A stretch of 64,000 nt of DNA, taken from an uncultured Candidatus Berkelbacteria bacterium. GTDB lineage: Bacteria; Patescibacteriota; UBA1384; UBA12157; JAENIV01. The stretch is taken from positions 400,097-464,096 of the forward strand of contig OY969116.1 of NCBI GenBank assembly GCA_963698075.1, read 5' to 3'. The notes below the pieces were generated by a model that saw only the letters and a program-made list of their open reading frames with translations, did no database searches and was not told the DNA's origin. Made by a program: the position numbers and the translations under genes. Shown piece by piece: positions 9,970-20,359 of the stretch; positions within the stretch are counted from its first letter, which is position 1, and every line of letters begins with the position of its first letter.

Positions 9970-10689
9970 TCACAACATCGGGAACGCATTGTGGGCAATG
10001 CGCTTGAGCCATGGGTCCCAGGAATCAACATCAGGAGCCAACCATTTTGCCCAGCGATCAGAAGGATACGTTTCACGGAGCAATCTGATAGCTTGGGCCA
10101 AATAGGCCTCACCGCCCTCTCTCTCTGCTAATGCCGCCGCAAGAATCGGTAATCCTTCACGGATAGCCGTGAGAGGAGGATGGCCGTACTCACCTGGAAG
10201 CCACACCAGACCACTAAAGGCATCCAGCAGCTCTTCGAAGGTGCCGTCCTTGGTCTGCAAACTGGCAATCCAACGAGAGTGGAGAGACTCATCCTGCTGG
10301 TTCTTGATTATCAGCCAGCGGAGACTACGTTGTAGCTTAGGAGAAAGTAGTATCATGCCGGTATTCACTCGACACTCAAGGTTAAGCGCGGGCAACAACA
10401 ACTCCCCCTCCTGCAACTCCTGTCCCAGCTCGAAGAGATTGGTCAGATAACCCTGGTCATCACCCGAGTGTACCCTGTTCAGGAGTTCAACACACAGGTG
10501 GGCCATGGCCCGGTAGCGGCTCAGTCTATCTTCTGGGATTCCGGCGATGCAGTAAACACACCACGCCGGCGTACGAGGACATTGAACCGGAAGCTTGCCC
10601 TCGAGGAAACACCGCAACTCATCGGCCATGAGGCTTAGCCAGCCAGCTCCAGCCTCCTCGCATTCCTCTGGAAACCATCTTATCGGCAT
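9970..10689 (-). CDS. Hypothetical protein (orphan, visibly GC-richer)
   Basis: ~239-aa ORF with GGGAGGT SD before MPIRWF, an AT-rich promoter region and its own terminator. Confidence 0.7.
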   Translation of the reverse strand: MPIRWFPEECEEAGAGWLSLMADELRCFLEGKLPVQCPRTPAWCVYCIAGIPEDRLSRYRAMAHLCVELLNRVHSGDDQGYLTNLFELGQELQEGELLLPALNLECRVNTGMILLSPKLQRSLRWLIIKNQQDESLHSRWIASLQTKDGTFEELLDAFSGLVWLPGEYGHPPLTAIREGLPILAAALAEREGGEAYLAQAIRLLRETYPSDRWAKWLAPDVDSWDPWLKRIAHNAFPML

Positions 10690-10803
10690 GTTGCCACCTC
10701 CCACATGTGGTCACTACAGGTTCAACCATCAATTAAGAATATCACATTATACCAAAAAATCAAGCCCCAAGGCCTGATTTATATATTTCTCACTAAATAA
10801 TGT

Positions 10804-12366
10804 TTATTGAGAAATAGATTCCAATCTTTTTAGCACAAATTCCCTATCCAAACTCGCCAAGAGCCAGCCAGCCTGCGGGCCGGAATCTTTACCAATAAAC
10901 GATAAGTAGATTGCCGAAAACGCATCACGAGGATTAATATTCATTGTTTTTCGAATTTCGTGGATTTTTGGATGAAGTTCTTCGCCGGTCCATGACTCTT
11001 TTGATTTAATTATATCAGAAATTTTTCTTAAAAATTCTTTTTGCTTGGCAGTCAAATTTTTGGCAACAGAAGGCAATTTATCAGCAATGGTAAATTTGTA
11101 ATTTTCCGGCGCGAATCTTTTTAGCCAATTTTTTGCGACTTCAATTCTATCTGCGATTTCACTCTTTTCAATTTCCGATAATTCCGACCCCTTCTCTTTT
11201 TTAGCGTATTTCCAAATATCTATCCGAGGCATTTGGAGCATATAAGCGATTTTCGAAAAGCGTAATAAATATTGGGGCTGGTCTTTTTCGGAATTGCTAG
11301 TGGCGTAATAATATGAACGCGCTAAATCACTATTTGGATCTTTTTGATAAAGTTCGACCATGCGGTCATATTCATCATAAAGCAAAGGAATTGTCTCGCC
11401 TTCTGGCTGAAACTCGATTGCCCGTTTGGCTTTACTTCTTACAAATAAAAACCTCAAAATATTGGCGGGCAGAAAATCAGCCATATCTTTGGCCGTAACC
11501 CCAAGACCCTTAGACGAAGCCATTTTCTTTCCGCCGACTAAGAAAAATTCATAGGGAATATCATATGGCGGTTCTTTTTTGAAAACTTTGCGGTAAATAT
11601 GGTTGGCAATATCTCTTGAGCCGCCGGCAGCAGAATGATCTTTGCCTTCACCTTCAATATCTGTGCCAAAAACAAACCATTTACAGGCCCACTCAACTTT
11701 CCAAGGCAATTTGGCATTGCCGTCAAAAGGAGAGGCCGAGCCTTCATAGCCGCACCCCTTGGCCCATTTAACTAAATTTTCTTCACATTTAAATCGAACT
11801 TCCTTACCGTTCCAATCGGTTACTTTTGTTGTCCCGATTTTTCCACATTTCGGACAAATAACCTGCAAAGGAAACCAATCTTCACCCTTGTCTGACCCGG
11901 AAACCTCTTTATATATCTTTCGGATTTCATGAGCATTGTCTAAAATAATTTCAATCGTTTCATTAAATTTGCCGTTTTTATAAAGTTCTGATGTTTTGAC
12001 AATTTCCGGGTCTATGCCAAGACCATTAAAAACACCCTCAAACTCTTTCAAATACTGCTCGGCAAAACTTGAGAATTTCCCGTCGGGTGCTGGAATATTC
12101 GAAAGTGGTTTGCCCATATGTTTCTCCCAAGACTGATCAACATATACCGGCAATCCGTCCATGGGATCAAAATCGTCGAAGCCATATTGAAAAACAGCTT
12201 TCTTACTCTTATCTTCTAAGCCTCGTCGGATACAATCATGAACAATTACCCCTCTTAGAGCACCAATATGGGAATGCCCAGACGGCGTCGTCCAATCGGT
12301 AATTAAAAAGGAGTCCTTTTGGACGTTGGTAAAAACATCTTCAATTATTTCATCAACCCAAAACAT
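10804..12366 (-). CDS. lysS: Class I lysine--tRNA ligase
   Basis: MFW start, TPSGHSHIG (HIGH-like), CPKCGK, KLPWKVEW, EGKDH, KMASSKG (KMSKS-like), GPQAG. Confidence 0.96.
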   Translation of the reverse strand: MFWVDEIIEDVFTNVQKDSFLITDWTTPSGHSHIGALRGVIVHDCIRRGLEDKSKKAVFQYGFDDFDPMDGLPVYVDQSWEKHMGKPLSNIPAPDGKFSSFAEQYLKEFEGVFNGLGIDPEIVKTSELYKNGKFNETIEIILDNAHEIRKIYKEVSGSDKGEDWFPLQVICPKCGKIGTTKVTDWNGKEVRFKCEENLVKWAKGCGYEGSASPFDGNAKLPWKVEWACKWFVFGTDIEGEGKDHSAAGGSRDIANHIYRKVFKKEPPYDIPYEFFLVGGKKMASSKGLGVTAKDMADFLPANILRFLFVRSKAKRAIEFQPEGETIPLLYDEYDRMVELYQKDPNSDLARSYYYATSNSEKDQPQYLLRFSKIAYMLQMPRIDIWKYAKKEKGSELSEIEKSEIADRIEVAKNWLKRFAPENYKFTIADKLPSVAKNLTAKQKEFLRKISDIIKSKESWTGEELHPKIHEIRKTMNINPRDAFSAIYLSFIGKDSGPQAGWLLASLDREFVLKRLESISQ

Positions 12367-12438
12367 TATTTTCTCCTAAATTTATCCTATCAAAAAAGAG
12401 GCCTCATATCAATTCCTGATTGTCGACCTCTTCTCTGG

Positions 12439-12903
12439 TTACTTGATGGCAACAATCTTACAATTCATTTTACCATTAGGGGTATGGATTTCAACAATTT
12501 CTCCTTTGGTTTTCCCCAAGAGGGAATAACCGATTGGTGACTCCGAAGAAATTTTCCCTGAAGCCGGATCCGATTCAGAAGATGAAACAATGGTATATTC
12601 AAGGGTCTTACCATCTAATTTGAGGATGACTGTTGAGCCCAGCTCTACTTTGTCGGTGCCCGTCGCATTGTTCTTGGCCACCACTCTTGAGCGACGAAGC
12701 ATTTCCTCCAACTCCAAAATACGTCCTTCGACAAAGGACTGTTCATTTTTTGCGTCTTCGTATTCTGAGTTTTCCGCCAGATCCCCATATTCTCGAGCAT
12801 TACGGATTCTTTCCGCAACTTGCTTGCGACGCTCTTTGAGATTTAATAACTCCTGCTGGATCTTTTGAAGACCCTGCGAGGTTAAGAGAATATCACCAGT
12901 CAT
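12439..12903 (-). CDS. greA: Transcription elongation factor GreA
   Basis: GDLAENSEYEDAKNEQ, ISSESPIG. Confidence 0.97.
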   Translation of the reverse strand: MTGDILLTSQGLQKIQQELLNLKERRKQVAERIRNAREYGDLAENSEYEDAKNEQSFVEGRILELEEMLRRSRVVAKNNATGTDKVELGSTVILKLDGKTLEYTIVSSSESDPASGKISSESPIGYSLLGKTKGEIVEIHTPNGKMNCKIVAIK

Positions 12904-12991
12904 TTTGAACAATAAGTTAACAAATCCTTTATCTATTTTAATTAAGTTTTATCGAGTTGTCAAGCCCATAAGGTAGTTTTGAATCTTCCGG

Positions 12992-14893
12992 TCATTTTCT
13001 AGTAAAATACCAATTCAAAACATCATGGACAACCGGCCCTGCAGAGGCATACCCTTCTCCTCCAGCCTCAATCAACACCACAATCGCAATTTGAGGGTTA
13101 TTGTAAGGTGCAAACGCCGCTTCCCATCCATGAGTTTTCCCCTCATTACCAAATTGCGCCGTTCCCGTTTTAGCCGCCACCGCCACCGGTAAATCATTTA
13201 AAAGTTGGGCGGAGCCAGAAGTAACTGCTTGCCGCATCCCCTCTCTGACGATTTGAATATTGGCTTTATCAACAAAATTATCACGAATAATTTCTTTCTT
13301 GGGCATAAAAATTTCTTGACCATCTTTATCGGTAATTTTGGTCACCAGTTTTGGTTTAAGCAATTCGCCGCCATTGGCAATCGCTGCATAGGCATTGGCC
13401 ATCTGTAGTGGCGTTACCAAGAAATCTCCTTGACCAATGCCCAAGTGATAGGTATCCCCTAAATACCACATTTCATGCTTATTTTTTTCTTTCCAAGCTG
13501 GATCAGGAACTAAACCCGCCGCTTCTCCAGGAAGATCAATGTCCGTTTTACTGCCAAAACCGAACTTGGTTAAGTATTCATCAAGCTTACCTATGCCTAA
13601 TCCTTTGATTTTATCCCAGCCGCCGGCAACAGAATAGAAAAAAACATTACAACTTTGAGCAATGGCTTTACGAACATCTACTAAACCATGGGCTTTCCAA
13701 TCAGGGTAAATGTAATTGCCGACTTTGATTTCGCCCGGGTCATTAATGGTGGTGTTGGCCGTAATCAATCCTTCCTGTAAGCCGGCCGAGGCAATCACTG
13801 GTTTTATTGTCGAGCCGGAGGGATAAGTCCCAGCTACTGCTCGGTTAAACAAGGGTTTGTTCGCATCGGAAAGCAAGACCGTATATTCTTCCTTACTTGT
13901 TAATCGTGTAAATAAATTATTATCGTAGGTAGGGAAACTTGTTATAGCCAAAATCTCTCCGGTCTCGGGGTTTATTGCCACGGCGGCGCCGCCCGAAGAA
14001 CCCAAAGAGCGAACTTCGGCGCCCAATGATTTGGTTAAGACATCTTCCAATCCAACATCTAAACTTAAAGTTAAATTATTCCCCGGATCAGGGAGAGTTT
14101 CTTTCACTTCTCTCTGCTCACGGCCCTGGGAATCAATCTCCACCTCCAAAACCCCAGGATTGCCTCTGAGATATTTTTCGTAACTTGCCTCTAATCCCTC
14201 TTTACCAATTTCGTAAAAAGGTTTGTAAACGGGATTCTCTTTTAAATCTTCTTGGCTCATTTTGCCGACAAATCCCAAGACCTGTCCTAGTCCTTGATAT
14301 TCAGTATATTCCCTAACAGGACGTTTAATAATCACCACTCCTGGTAAATTAATGGTTTTAACTTGCAAAAGCAACGCTGTGTCTCGATCAATGTTTTCTT
14401 TAAGAATTATCGGATCATAACTTGAAACACCGCGCTCTTTGACTTTATCAACAATTTCTTGATAAGACATCTGGACAATTCCCGATAATTTCCCCAAAAA
14501 ACTCTCTCTTTCTTCGCGATTTCGGGGTAGGTCCAAAGAATAAAGGGCTAAATCATAAGAAGCTTTGTTTTTTGCAAGTACCGTACCTTTAGCATCATAA
14601 ATTAAACCTCTAGGCGCGGCCACCTCTCGGGAACGAATGCGATTCCCCTCGGCTAAAAGTCGATTGAAGGCACCCTGAGAAATCTGCAACCTTAACAATT
14701 GTCCCAAAAGTATCCCCAAGACCAGGATGCAAAAGACATAAGGTATCCAAAGATTTTTGGGCTCCTTTGGAAAAATTTCTTCACCCTCCGCGTCTTTACG
14801 AAAGGTCTCATATTCCAAAATATTATTTTTAAGCTTCCTGTGGTTTTTATCACCCGCTAAGGGAGTATCATCAAAAAGATTAAAAATTGACAT
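12992..14893 (-). CDS. mrdA: Penicillin-binding protein 2
   Basis: APRGLIYD, STIK (SxxK), SCN (SxN) and KTG motifs. Lies downstream of mreBCD. Confidence 0.95.
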   Translation of the reverse strand: MSIFNLFDDTPLAGDKNHRKLKNNILEYETFRKDAEGEEIFPKEPKNLWIPYVFCILVLGILLGQLLRLQISQGAFNRLLAEGNRIRSREVAAPRGLIYDAKGTVLAKNKASYDLALYSLDLPRNREERESFLGKLSGIVQMSYQEIVDKVKERGVSSYDPIILKENIDRDTALLLQVKTINLPGVVIIKRPVREYTEYQGLGQVLGFVGKMSQEDLKENPVYKPFYEIGKEGLEASYEKYLRGNPGVLEVEIDSQGREQREVKETLPDPGNNLTLSLDVGLEDVLTKSLGAEVRSLGSSGGAAVAINPETGEILAITSFPTYDNNLFTRLTSKEEYTVLLSDANKPLFNRAVAGTYPSGSTIKPVIASAGLQEGLITANTTINDPGEIKVGNYIYPDWKAHGLVDVRKAIAQSCNVFFYSVAGGWDKIKGLGIGKLDEYLTKFGFGSKTDIDLPGEAAGLVPDPAWKEKNKHEMWYLGDTYHLGIGQGDFLVTPLQMANAYAAIANGGELLKPKLVTKITDKDGQEIFMPKKEIIRDNFVDKANIQIVREGMRQAVTSGSAQLLNDLPVAVAAKTGTAQFGNEGKTHGWEAAFAPYNNPQIAIVVLIEAGGEGYASAGPVVHDVLNWYFTRK

Positions 14894-14897
14894 AAAT

Positions 14898-15374
14898 TTA
14901 TCCTACTTTAATTTCCTCCTGGATTGGAATTATTTTCTCCAAAATCCAATAAATTAAAACTCCCCAGAGTCCACTGATTATCGCTTGGGGAAAGATCTGC
15001 CAAAATGGCCAATGACCCATGAATAAAAAAAGACCTAAATCAACCAATAGCAAACTAGTGACAAAAATTAAAAAAGATATCCCGAGGCTGGGCACCGGGA
15101 ATGTTTTTAAGACGTAAAAATTAATAATTAAAAGAGTGATCATGAAAAATAAGGTATAAGCTCCGAACCTCAAAGGAGATGCCAGGTCCAAAAGCAAGCC
15201 GCTAATACCGGCCAAAAGGAAACTATTGCCGCTTTGCCCCCTAAACATTAAAGAGATAGCGATAATGAGAAGGAAGTTGGGGATTGTCCCCCAGATGGAA
15301 AATTTAGTCACAATCGCCAGCTGAAAAACGACTAGAAGAAAATAGGCAAAAATTTTTAAAATAATTTTAATCAT
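14898..15374 (-). CDS. mreD: Rod shape-determining protein MreD
   Basis: Hydrophobic protein with PNF and GLLLD motifs, between mreC and mrdA. Confidence 0.85.
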   Translation of the reverse strand: MIKIILKIFAYFLLVVFQLAIVTKFSIWGTIPNFLLIIAISLMFRGQSGNSFLLAGISGLLLDLASPLRFGAYTLFFMITLLIINFYVLKTFPVPSLGISFLIFVTSLLLVDLGLFLFMGHWPFWQIFPQAIISGLWGVLIYWILEKIIPIQEEIKVG

Positions 15375-16168
15375 TAACTTTGGACCACAAAAACAAATTC
15401 TAAATAATATATTTGGATTGGAGAATCAAGCGTTACTTTTTGAAATATTTCACTTTTTTTAGAAATAACATCACCCACTTTTCCCACCATGATACCAAAA
15501 GGAATGTCTCCACCAAGACCAGAGGTAATGACTTGTTCACCCTGATTAATAGTGATATTTAAAGGAATATCTTCCACGGTCAATCCCGAAAGCCCGCCTC
15601 TTAAAAGTCCTGTTCCACGCGAGCCTTGCAAGATAACCGGCACGAGAGAATTGTAATCGGTGATGAGGGTAACCTCTGAAGTGTCTTCTAACGCTTCTTT
15701 GACCGTCCCGATTAGATATCCTTGTGAGACAATTGCTTGATCGGTTTTGACCCCATCTTTTTTCCCTCGGTCAATAATAATCGTCCGCAAATATCCAGTC
15801 ACTGATCGACCAATAATATTCGCCGGCAATAGCTCGAGATCGCCACGGTTTTTGGTCGAATTATAAAAACCAATTTCTTTCTTTAAAACTTCATTCTCGT
15901 GTTGAGCTTCCTTAAGTAAGCTCAATTGGCCCTGGAGATCTAAATTCTCTTTAATTAATTGCTTGTTCTCTCGAGCTAATTCACCCAAATGAGTAAAATT
16001 CTTGAAAAAAAATGAGACGCGATCAACGGTAAAATTGCCTGCAATTGTCAGGGGTTTCACCGCCAAATAAAAAATATTTTTAACCGGTTTCAAAATCCCT
16101 GTCGGCCATAGCAAAAAACCGATAATTAGTAAAGCCGCAATTACTATTAATGCCCGATATTTTTTCAT
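15374..16168 (-). CDS. mreC: Rod shape-determining protein MreC
   Basis: TM helix plus coiled coil, IIDRGKKDGV, VITSGLGGDIPFGI. Confidence 0.95.
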   Translation of the reverse strand: MKKYRALIVIAALLIIGFLLWPTGILKPVKNIFYLAVKPLTIAGNFTVDRVSFFFKNFTHLGELARENKQLIKENLDLQGQLSLLKEAQHENEVLKKEIGFYNSTKNRGDLELLPANIIGRSVTGYLRTIIIDRGKKDGVKTDQAIVSQGYLIGTVKEALEDTSEVTLITDYNSLVPVILQGSRGTGLLRGGLSGLTVEDIPLNITINQGEQVITSGLGGDIPFGIMVGKVGDVISKKSEIFQKVTLDSPIQIYYLEFVFVVQS

Positions 16169-16180
16169 TCACCTCCTTTT

Positions 16181-17230
16181 TTAGGGATTATACTGCGTTG
16201 GCAAAAGCACCTCTTTTAAAGTTTCTAAATCTTCCAAAACCAAGCCTGTCCCTCTAACGACTGAGGTTAATGGATCGTCTGCCACATGTACGGTCGTCAA
16301 GGTTGTTTCGTGGACCAACTTATCTAATCCCCGCAGCAAGGCACCGCCGCCACAAAGAATGATTCCTTTTTCCATAATATCAGCCACCAGTTCCGGTGGC
16401 GTCTCTTCCATTGTGACCCGAATTGCTTCAACAATCTGCTGAACACTTTTTCTTAAGGCTGAACGGATTTGTTCATCAGCAACTGTAATTTCTTTTGGCA
16501 GGCCAGTTACTAAATCCCGCCCTCTCATAGGTAAGGTAAGATTTTCTTTTAATTCTGTGGCCGAGCCAATGGCAATTTTAATTTCTTCGGCCGTCCTCTC
16601 GCCAAGCATTAGATTAAATTTATCTCGAGCGAAATCGATGATGTCTTGGTTCATTTCATCGCCGGCAATTCTTAGGGACCTTGAAGCAACAATCCCTCCC
16701 AAGGAAATCACTGCCACTTCAGTTGTACCTCCGCCGATATCAACGATCATATTACCAGCGGCTTCTTGTATTGGCAGCCTTGCTCCTATCGCCGCGGCCA
16801 CTGGTTCCTCGATTAAATAAACTTGCCGCGCCCCAGCATTGAGAGCCGCTTCTTCAACCGCCCGGCGTTCCACTTCAGTCACACCGTAAGGGATGCCGAC
16901 AACCACCCTCGGTCGCGGAAAAAGAGAAAATTTTTCCCGATGAACCTTATCGATAAAATACTTAAGCATTTGTTCAGTCACTTCAAAATCGGAAACTACC
17001 CCATCAACTAAAGGACGAATGGCAACAATGTGAGCCGGCGTCCGGCCCACCATTTTACGCGCTTCACTACCGATAGCCAGAATTTCTTTTGATTTCTGAT
17101 TGATTGCCACGACCGAGGGCTCATTAATCACAATCCCTTTATCCCTGACATAAACTAAAGTATTGGCGGTACCTAAGTCCACGCCAATATCATGAGAAAA
17201 TATTCCCCAAAATCTATCTAAAAACGCCAT
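16181..17230 (-). CDS. mreB: Rod shape-determining protein MreB
   Basis: DLGTANT, EPSVVA, TEVERRA, DIGGGTTE, GGGALL. Confidence 0.98.
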   Translation of the reverse strand: MAFLDRFWGIFSHDIGVDLGTANTLVYVRDKGIVINEPSVVAINQKSKEILAIGSEARKMVGRTPAHIVAIRPLVDGVVSDFEVTEQMLKYFIDKVHREKFSLFPRPRVVVGIPYGVTEVERRAVEEAALNAGARQVYLIEEPVAAAIGARLPIQEAAGNMIVDIGGGTTEVAVISLGGIVASRSLRIAGDEMNQDIIDFARDKFNLMLGERTAEEIKIAIGSATELKENLTLPMRGRDLVTGLPKEITVADEQIRSALRKSVQQIVEAIRVTMEETPPELVADIMEKGIILCGGGALLRGLDKLVHETTLTTVHVADDPLTSVVRGTGLVLEDLETLKEVLLPTQYNP

Positions 17231-17342
17231 CTTGTTCCTTGTAGTCTTAGCAGACTTCAGTGTAACAAAAAAAGACTTTTTGTCAAAGCCCCTCCTTGAA
17301 TTGAATTATGTCTTCTAATTTTCCAGCGGAATTTATTAGATA

Positions 17343-18251
17343 TTATTGATACTTTTTCAAATTTTCTTGATGCTCTTCAAGGGTGGCTGAATAAATAGTA
17401 TGGCCATCGGCGGTTTGGAAAAAGTAGAGATAACCGTTTTTTTCCGGATGTAAAACGGCTTGGATTGATTTTAATCCCGGATTACAAATTGGGCCAGGCG
17501 GTAAACCGATGTATAAATAGGTGTTGTAAGGGGAAATTACATTATGGTAATCGTCAGTAGTTATCGCCTCCCAAGATCCCTTTGCATACTGAACTGTCGG
17601 ATCGGCCTCCAATTTCATCCCTTTCTCTATCCGATTTAAATAAACTCCGGCAATTTTCGGACGATCTTCATCAAATTTAGCTTCGCGTTCAACAATTGAG
17701 GCCAGAATTAACTGATCGCGGTTCAGTCCCAATACGACAGTTTTTTTTCCAAAATTATCAAGCATGGTTTGGCGAATTTCTTTGGCCGAAGTTTGAGGCA
17801 AAAATCGATAAGTGTCGGGGAATAAATATCCTTCATCAGCCGAAGCAATTTTGAGTAAATCACCGGCGTTAATTATTCCTTTAGAAGCCAAAAAATCGTC
17901 AATCTGGGTCATCCGCCAACCCTCGGGAATAGTAACTAAATATTCCGAAGATTTTCCGGTTGCTAACATTTCGAGAATCTCTCTAATACTCTGAGAGGCC
18001 GATAATTTATAGACGCCGATCTGAATTAAAGCGTGTTTTTGTTTCGCATAAATTTCAAAAACTAAACTTGAGGAAATTAGCTTTTCATTCTTTAAATTCT
18101 GGGCAATTTCACGGGTAGTTTGACCCTGCTTTACAATAAATTCTTTTTCTTGTCCCTCTCCCTGGTGGTTGAGGGTATAAGAATAATAAGCAAGAGCACC
18201 AACAACTAATGTCAGAAAAAGGGTGACAATGATAATAATTATTTTTTTCAT
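17343..18251 (-). CDS. mltG: Endolytic transglycosylase MltG
   Basis: TIPEG, EGYLFPDTY, LASIVEREA, SPYNTY, GLPPGPICNPG. Confidence 0.96.
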   Translation of the reverse strand: MKKIIIIIVTLFLTLVVGALAYYSYTLNHQGEGQEKEFIVKQGQTTREIAQNLKNEKLISSSLVFEIYAKQKHALIQIGVYKLSASQSIREILEMLATGKSSEYLVTIPEGWRMTQIDDFLASKGIINAGDLLKIASADEGYLFPDTYRFLPQTSAKEIRQTMLDNFGKKTVVLGLNRDQLILASIVEREAKFDEDRPKIAGVYLNRIEKGMKLEADPTVQYAKGSWEAITTDDYHNVISPYNTYLYIGLPPGPICNPGLKSIQAVLHPEKNGYLYFFQTADGHTIYSATLEEHQENLKKYQ

Positions 18252-18269
18252 CGTTTTTTTTGCCAAAAA

Positions 18270-18668
18270 CTATTCTTTTGACAAATACTGTTCCAAAATC
18301 ATTTTCGCTGATAGTTTATCAACCTCGTCTTTGAATTTTTTTGATTTGGGATCAATTACACTTTCCGCCAACATTCTCTCGGCCTCTTTAGAAGTCAGTG
18401 TTTCATCAACAAATTCAACCGCGATTGCCAAATTTTTAGCTATTTCTAAAGCAAACTTATGAATTTTATCAGCCTGCAAAGTATTGTGATAGCGTGGCAG
18501 GCCAACAATGATTTTTTCAATCTGTTCTTCGCGACAAATTTTGCCAATTTTTTGAATTGTCTCAGAAAGATTAACAGATTCAACAATCCCTAAACTGGCG
18601 ATTGTTCCATCGATGGCCATCGCCATACCGATTCTTCTTTGACCAACATCAAGACCTAAAATCTTCAT
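18270..18668 (-). CDS. ruvX: YqgF/RuvX family nuclease (pre-16S rRNA maturation)
   Basis: ILGLDVGQRRIG, VGLP, VDETLTS, VDKLSAKMILEQYL. Confidence 0.93.
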   Translation of the reverse strand: MKILGLDVGQRRIGMAMAIDGTIASLGIVESVNLSETIQKIGKICREEQIEKIIVGLPRYHNTLQADKIHKFALEIAKNLAIAVEFVDETLTSKEAERMLAESVIDPKSKKFKDEVDKLSAKMILEQYLSKE

Positions 18669-20359
18669 TGGCTTGCTCCCGGTGACGTTGATGAGGGAGA
18701 GATCAATGTTTCTGTTGTCGGGGTAGGACCGGCTTGGGAGGGTTGTACTTCCGGTATATATTCCAATTCGACGCTTAAGGCGCGATTGTAGTTGGGAATT
18801 CTTTTAAGCCAGAAATTAGGAGAAAATTTTAACTCGTATCCAGCGGCGCCGGCTAAATTACCGAGATATTCTTCGGCAGCTTGGCGATTTTTACCTAACA
18901 GATCTTTTTTAACTTTTTCTGTATCAACCCGTGAGGAAATTTTTGCTGTTACATTGATTTTTAAATTTAAAATCCCTTGATCATATTGGGGCTGAATTTC
19001 CTCTGGGAAAATGGTGTCATCTCTCCCAAGAGTAACCATTTTATCATAAGGCAGTTGTTTTTCTAAAATCTCAATCACAAATTGATTGAAAGCATCGCGA
19101 TCAAAAACTAAGACTCTTAATTTTTGGCTGATTTTTAAAGTAAAGTCATTGGCCTCTGCATCGACGTTGGCGGAAGAATTAACCTCCTTCGTTTCAATAA
19201 CAATTGCTTTATCCAAAACTTCTAATCCTTGAGATTTTGAAGCCAGTTGCCCTCTGAGATCATCACTTAATTCTCCGGATAATTTATCTTTTCCCTTATC
19301 AAAATCGCTCTGCGAAATGACTGTCACTTCTTTAGAAAAACCTCCACTTAAATCTTTGCTAGATTGACCATAAATTTTTTCTTGCTGCCCAGCTGGCAAG
19401 CCAATGATTGTAAATCGGCCGGCTTTGACATTATAATCTTCACCTGGATTTTCCGCTTCAATATCTACAGTCGTTGTTCCTGGCACAATATTACCACCCC
19501 TAATTGATGTTCCCGGAATGCTCACGCTCTCTTTACCTAAAAATGTTTTTGATGAAGAGGAAAATTTTGTTCCTTTTTCCAGAGCTTGGGCTGAAGAGTC
19601 CCAATAATTATAAAGTGTTAATGTCCCGGTCGCCTTCCCTCCTAAATTTTTCTTGCCAGTAGCCGCAAATTTTTCTTCTTTTTCGTCGGAAAGCTCGATC
19701 AAATTACCCGCAAAGATTCCTTGATCTATGCTCGTTGGCTCTGAAGACGAAATCTTAACATCTTGTTTTTTTCCAAAATTTTCAGCCTTAACTTGAATTT
19801 TAACGTTAACTTTAGGCAAGGTCAGATATCCCACAATTAAAATTAACAAAAAGACCACTGCCAACATTGGCCAAATAATCTTCCAGAGCTTGGACCAATG
19901 GATATTGGTACTGATTTTTGCTTGCTGCCAAGGCTTTGTTCTCAAAGCTGGCTTTTTTTGAAAAGGAGACTTTGCGGCTTGGAAATGATGAACCTGCAGA
20001 CCTTTCAGAGTAGTTTCTGGCTCTGGTTTTTCTTGGGTCATGTCAATTTCAATGATTTCTTCGGCACCTGGCGTTGGTGCTGGTGGTTGAAATATCGGAT
20101 GACGATCGCGAATCGAATCATAAACGGTAAGTCCTATTTGCGCGGCTAAGTTCCTCCCGATTTTATCGGCAGTTACTAAGGCAATTTCCTTACCAGAATT
20201 CGCCGCCTCCCTGGCTAATAATTTTAAGTTGACAACACTTTGCAAAATCGTCGCTTCACGAGGCACGACTAAAGCCAAACGATTGGATTTCGTCTGTTTC
20301 ATTTTATCAATCACGGAGGTAATTTCTTCATCAGGTTCTAAATATAATATTTCTTCCAT
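18665..20359 (-). CDS. Membrane protein with an N-terminal cytoplasmic domain and an extracellular baseplate-J/gp47-like region
   Basis: N-terminal YLEPDEEITSVID domain, a single TM helix, then ATGTLTLYN...AENPGEDYNV...SGG (baseplate J-like pattern). Confidence 0.7.
   Translation of the reverse strand: MEEILYLEPDEEITSVIDKMKQTKSNRLALVVPREATILQSVVNLKLLAREAANSGKEIALVTADKIGRNLAAQIGLTVYDSIRDRHPIFQPPAPTPGAEEIIEIDMTQEKPEPETTLKGLQVHHFQAAKSPFQKKPALRTKPWQQAKISTNIHWSKLWKIIWPMLAVVFLLILIVGYLTLPKVNVKIQVKAENFGKKQDVKISSSEPTSIDQGIFAGNLIELSDEKEEKFAATGKKNLGGKATGTLTLYNYWDSSAQALEKGTKFSSSSKTFLGKESVSIPGTSIRGGNIVPGTTTVDIEAENPGEDYNVKAGRFTIIGLPAGQQEKIYGQSSKDLSGGFSKEVTVISQSDFDKGKDKLSGELSDDLRGQLASKSQGLEVLDKAIVIETKEVNSSANVDAEANDFTLKISQKLRVLVFDRDAFNQFVIEILEKQLPYDKMVTLGRDDTIFPEEIQPQYDQGILNLKINVTAKISSRVDTEKVKKDLLGKNRQAAEEYLGNLAGAAGYELKFSPNFWLKRIPNYNRALSVELEYIPEVQPSQAGPTPTTETLISPSSTSPGASQ

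Noticed and set aside
9887-10012. 41-aa N-terminal extension of SerS
   Set aside because: It runs through the neighbouring gene's terminator. SerS homology starts at MLDIK (9886) just after a TATAAT box.
18665-20359. Prophage or tailocin suggested by the baseplate-J-like domain
   Set aside because: No other phage structural genes. The protein has a TM anchor and sits in a cell-envelope operon.
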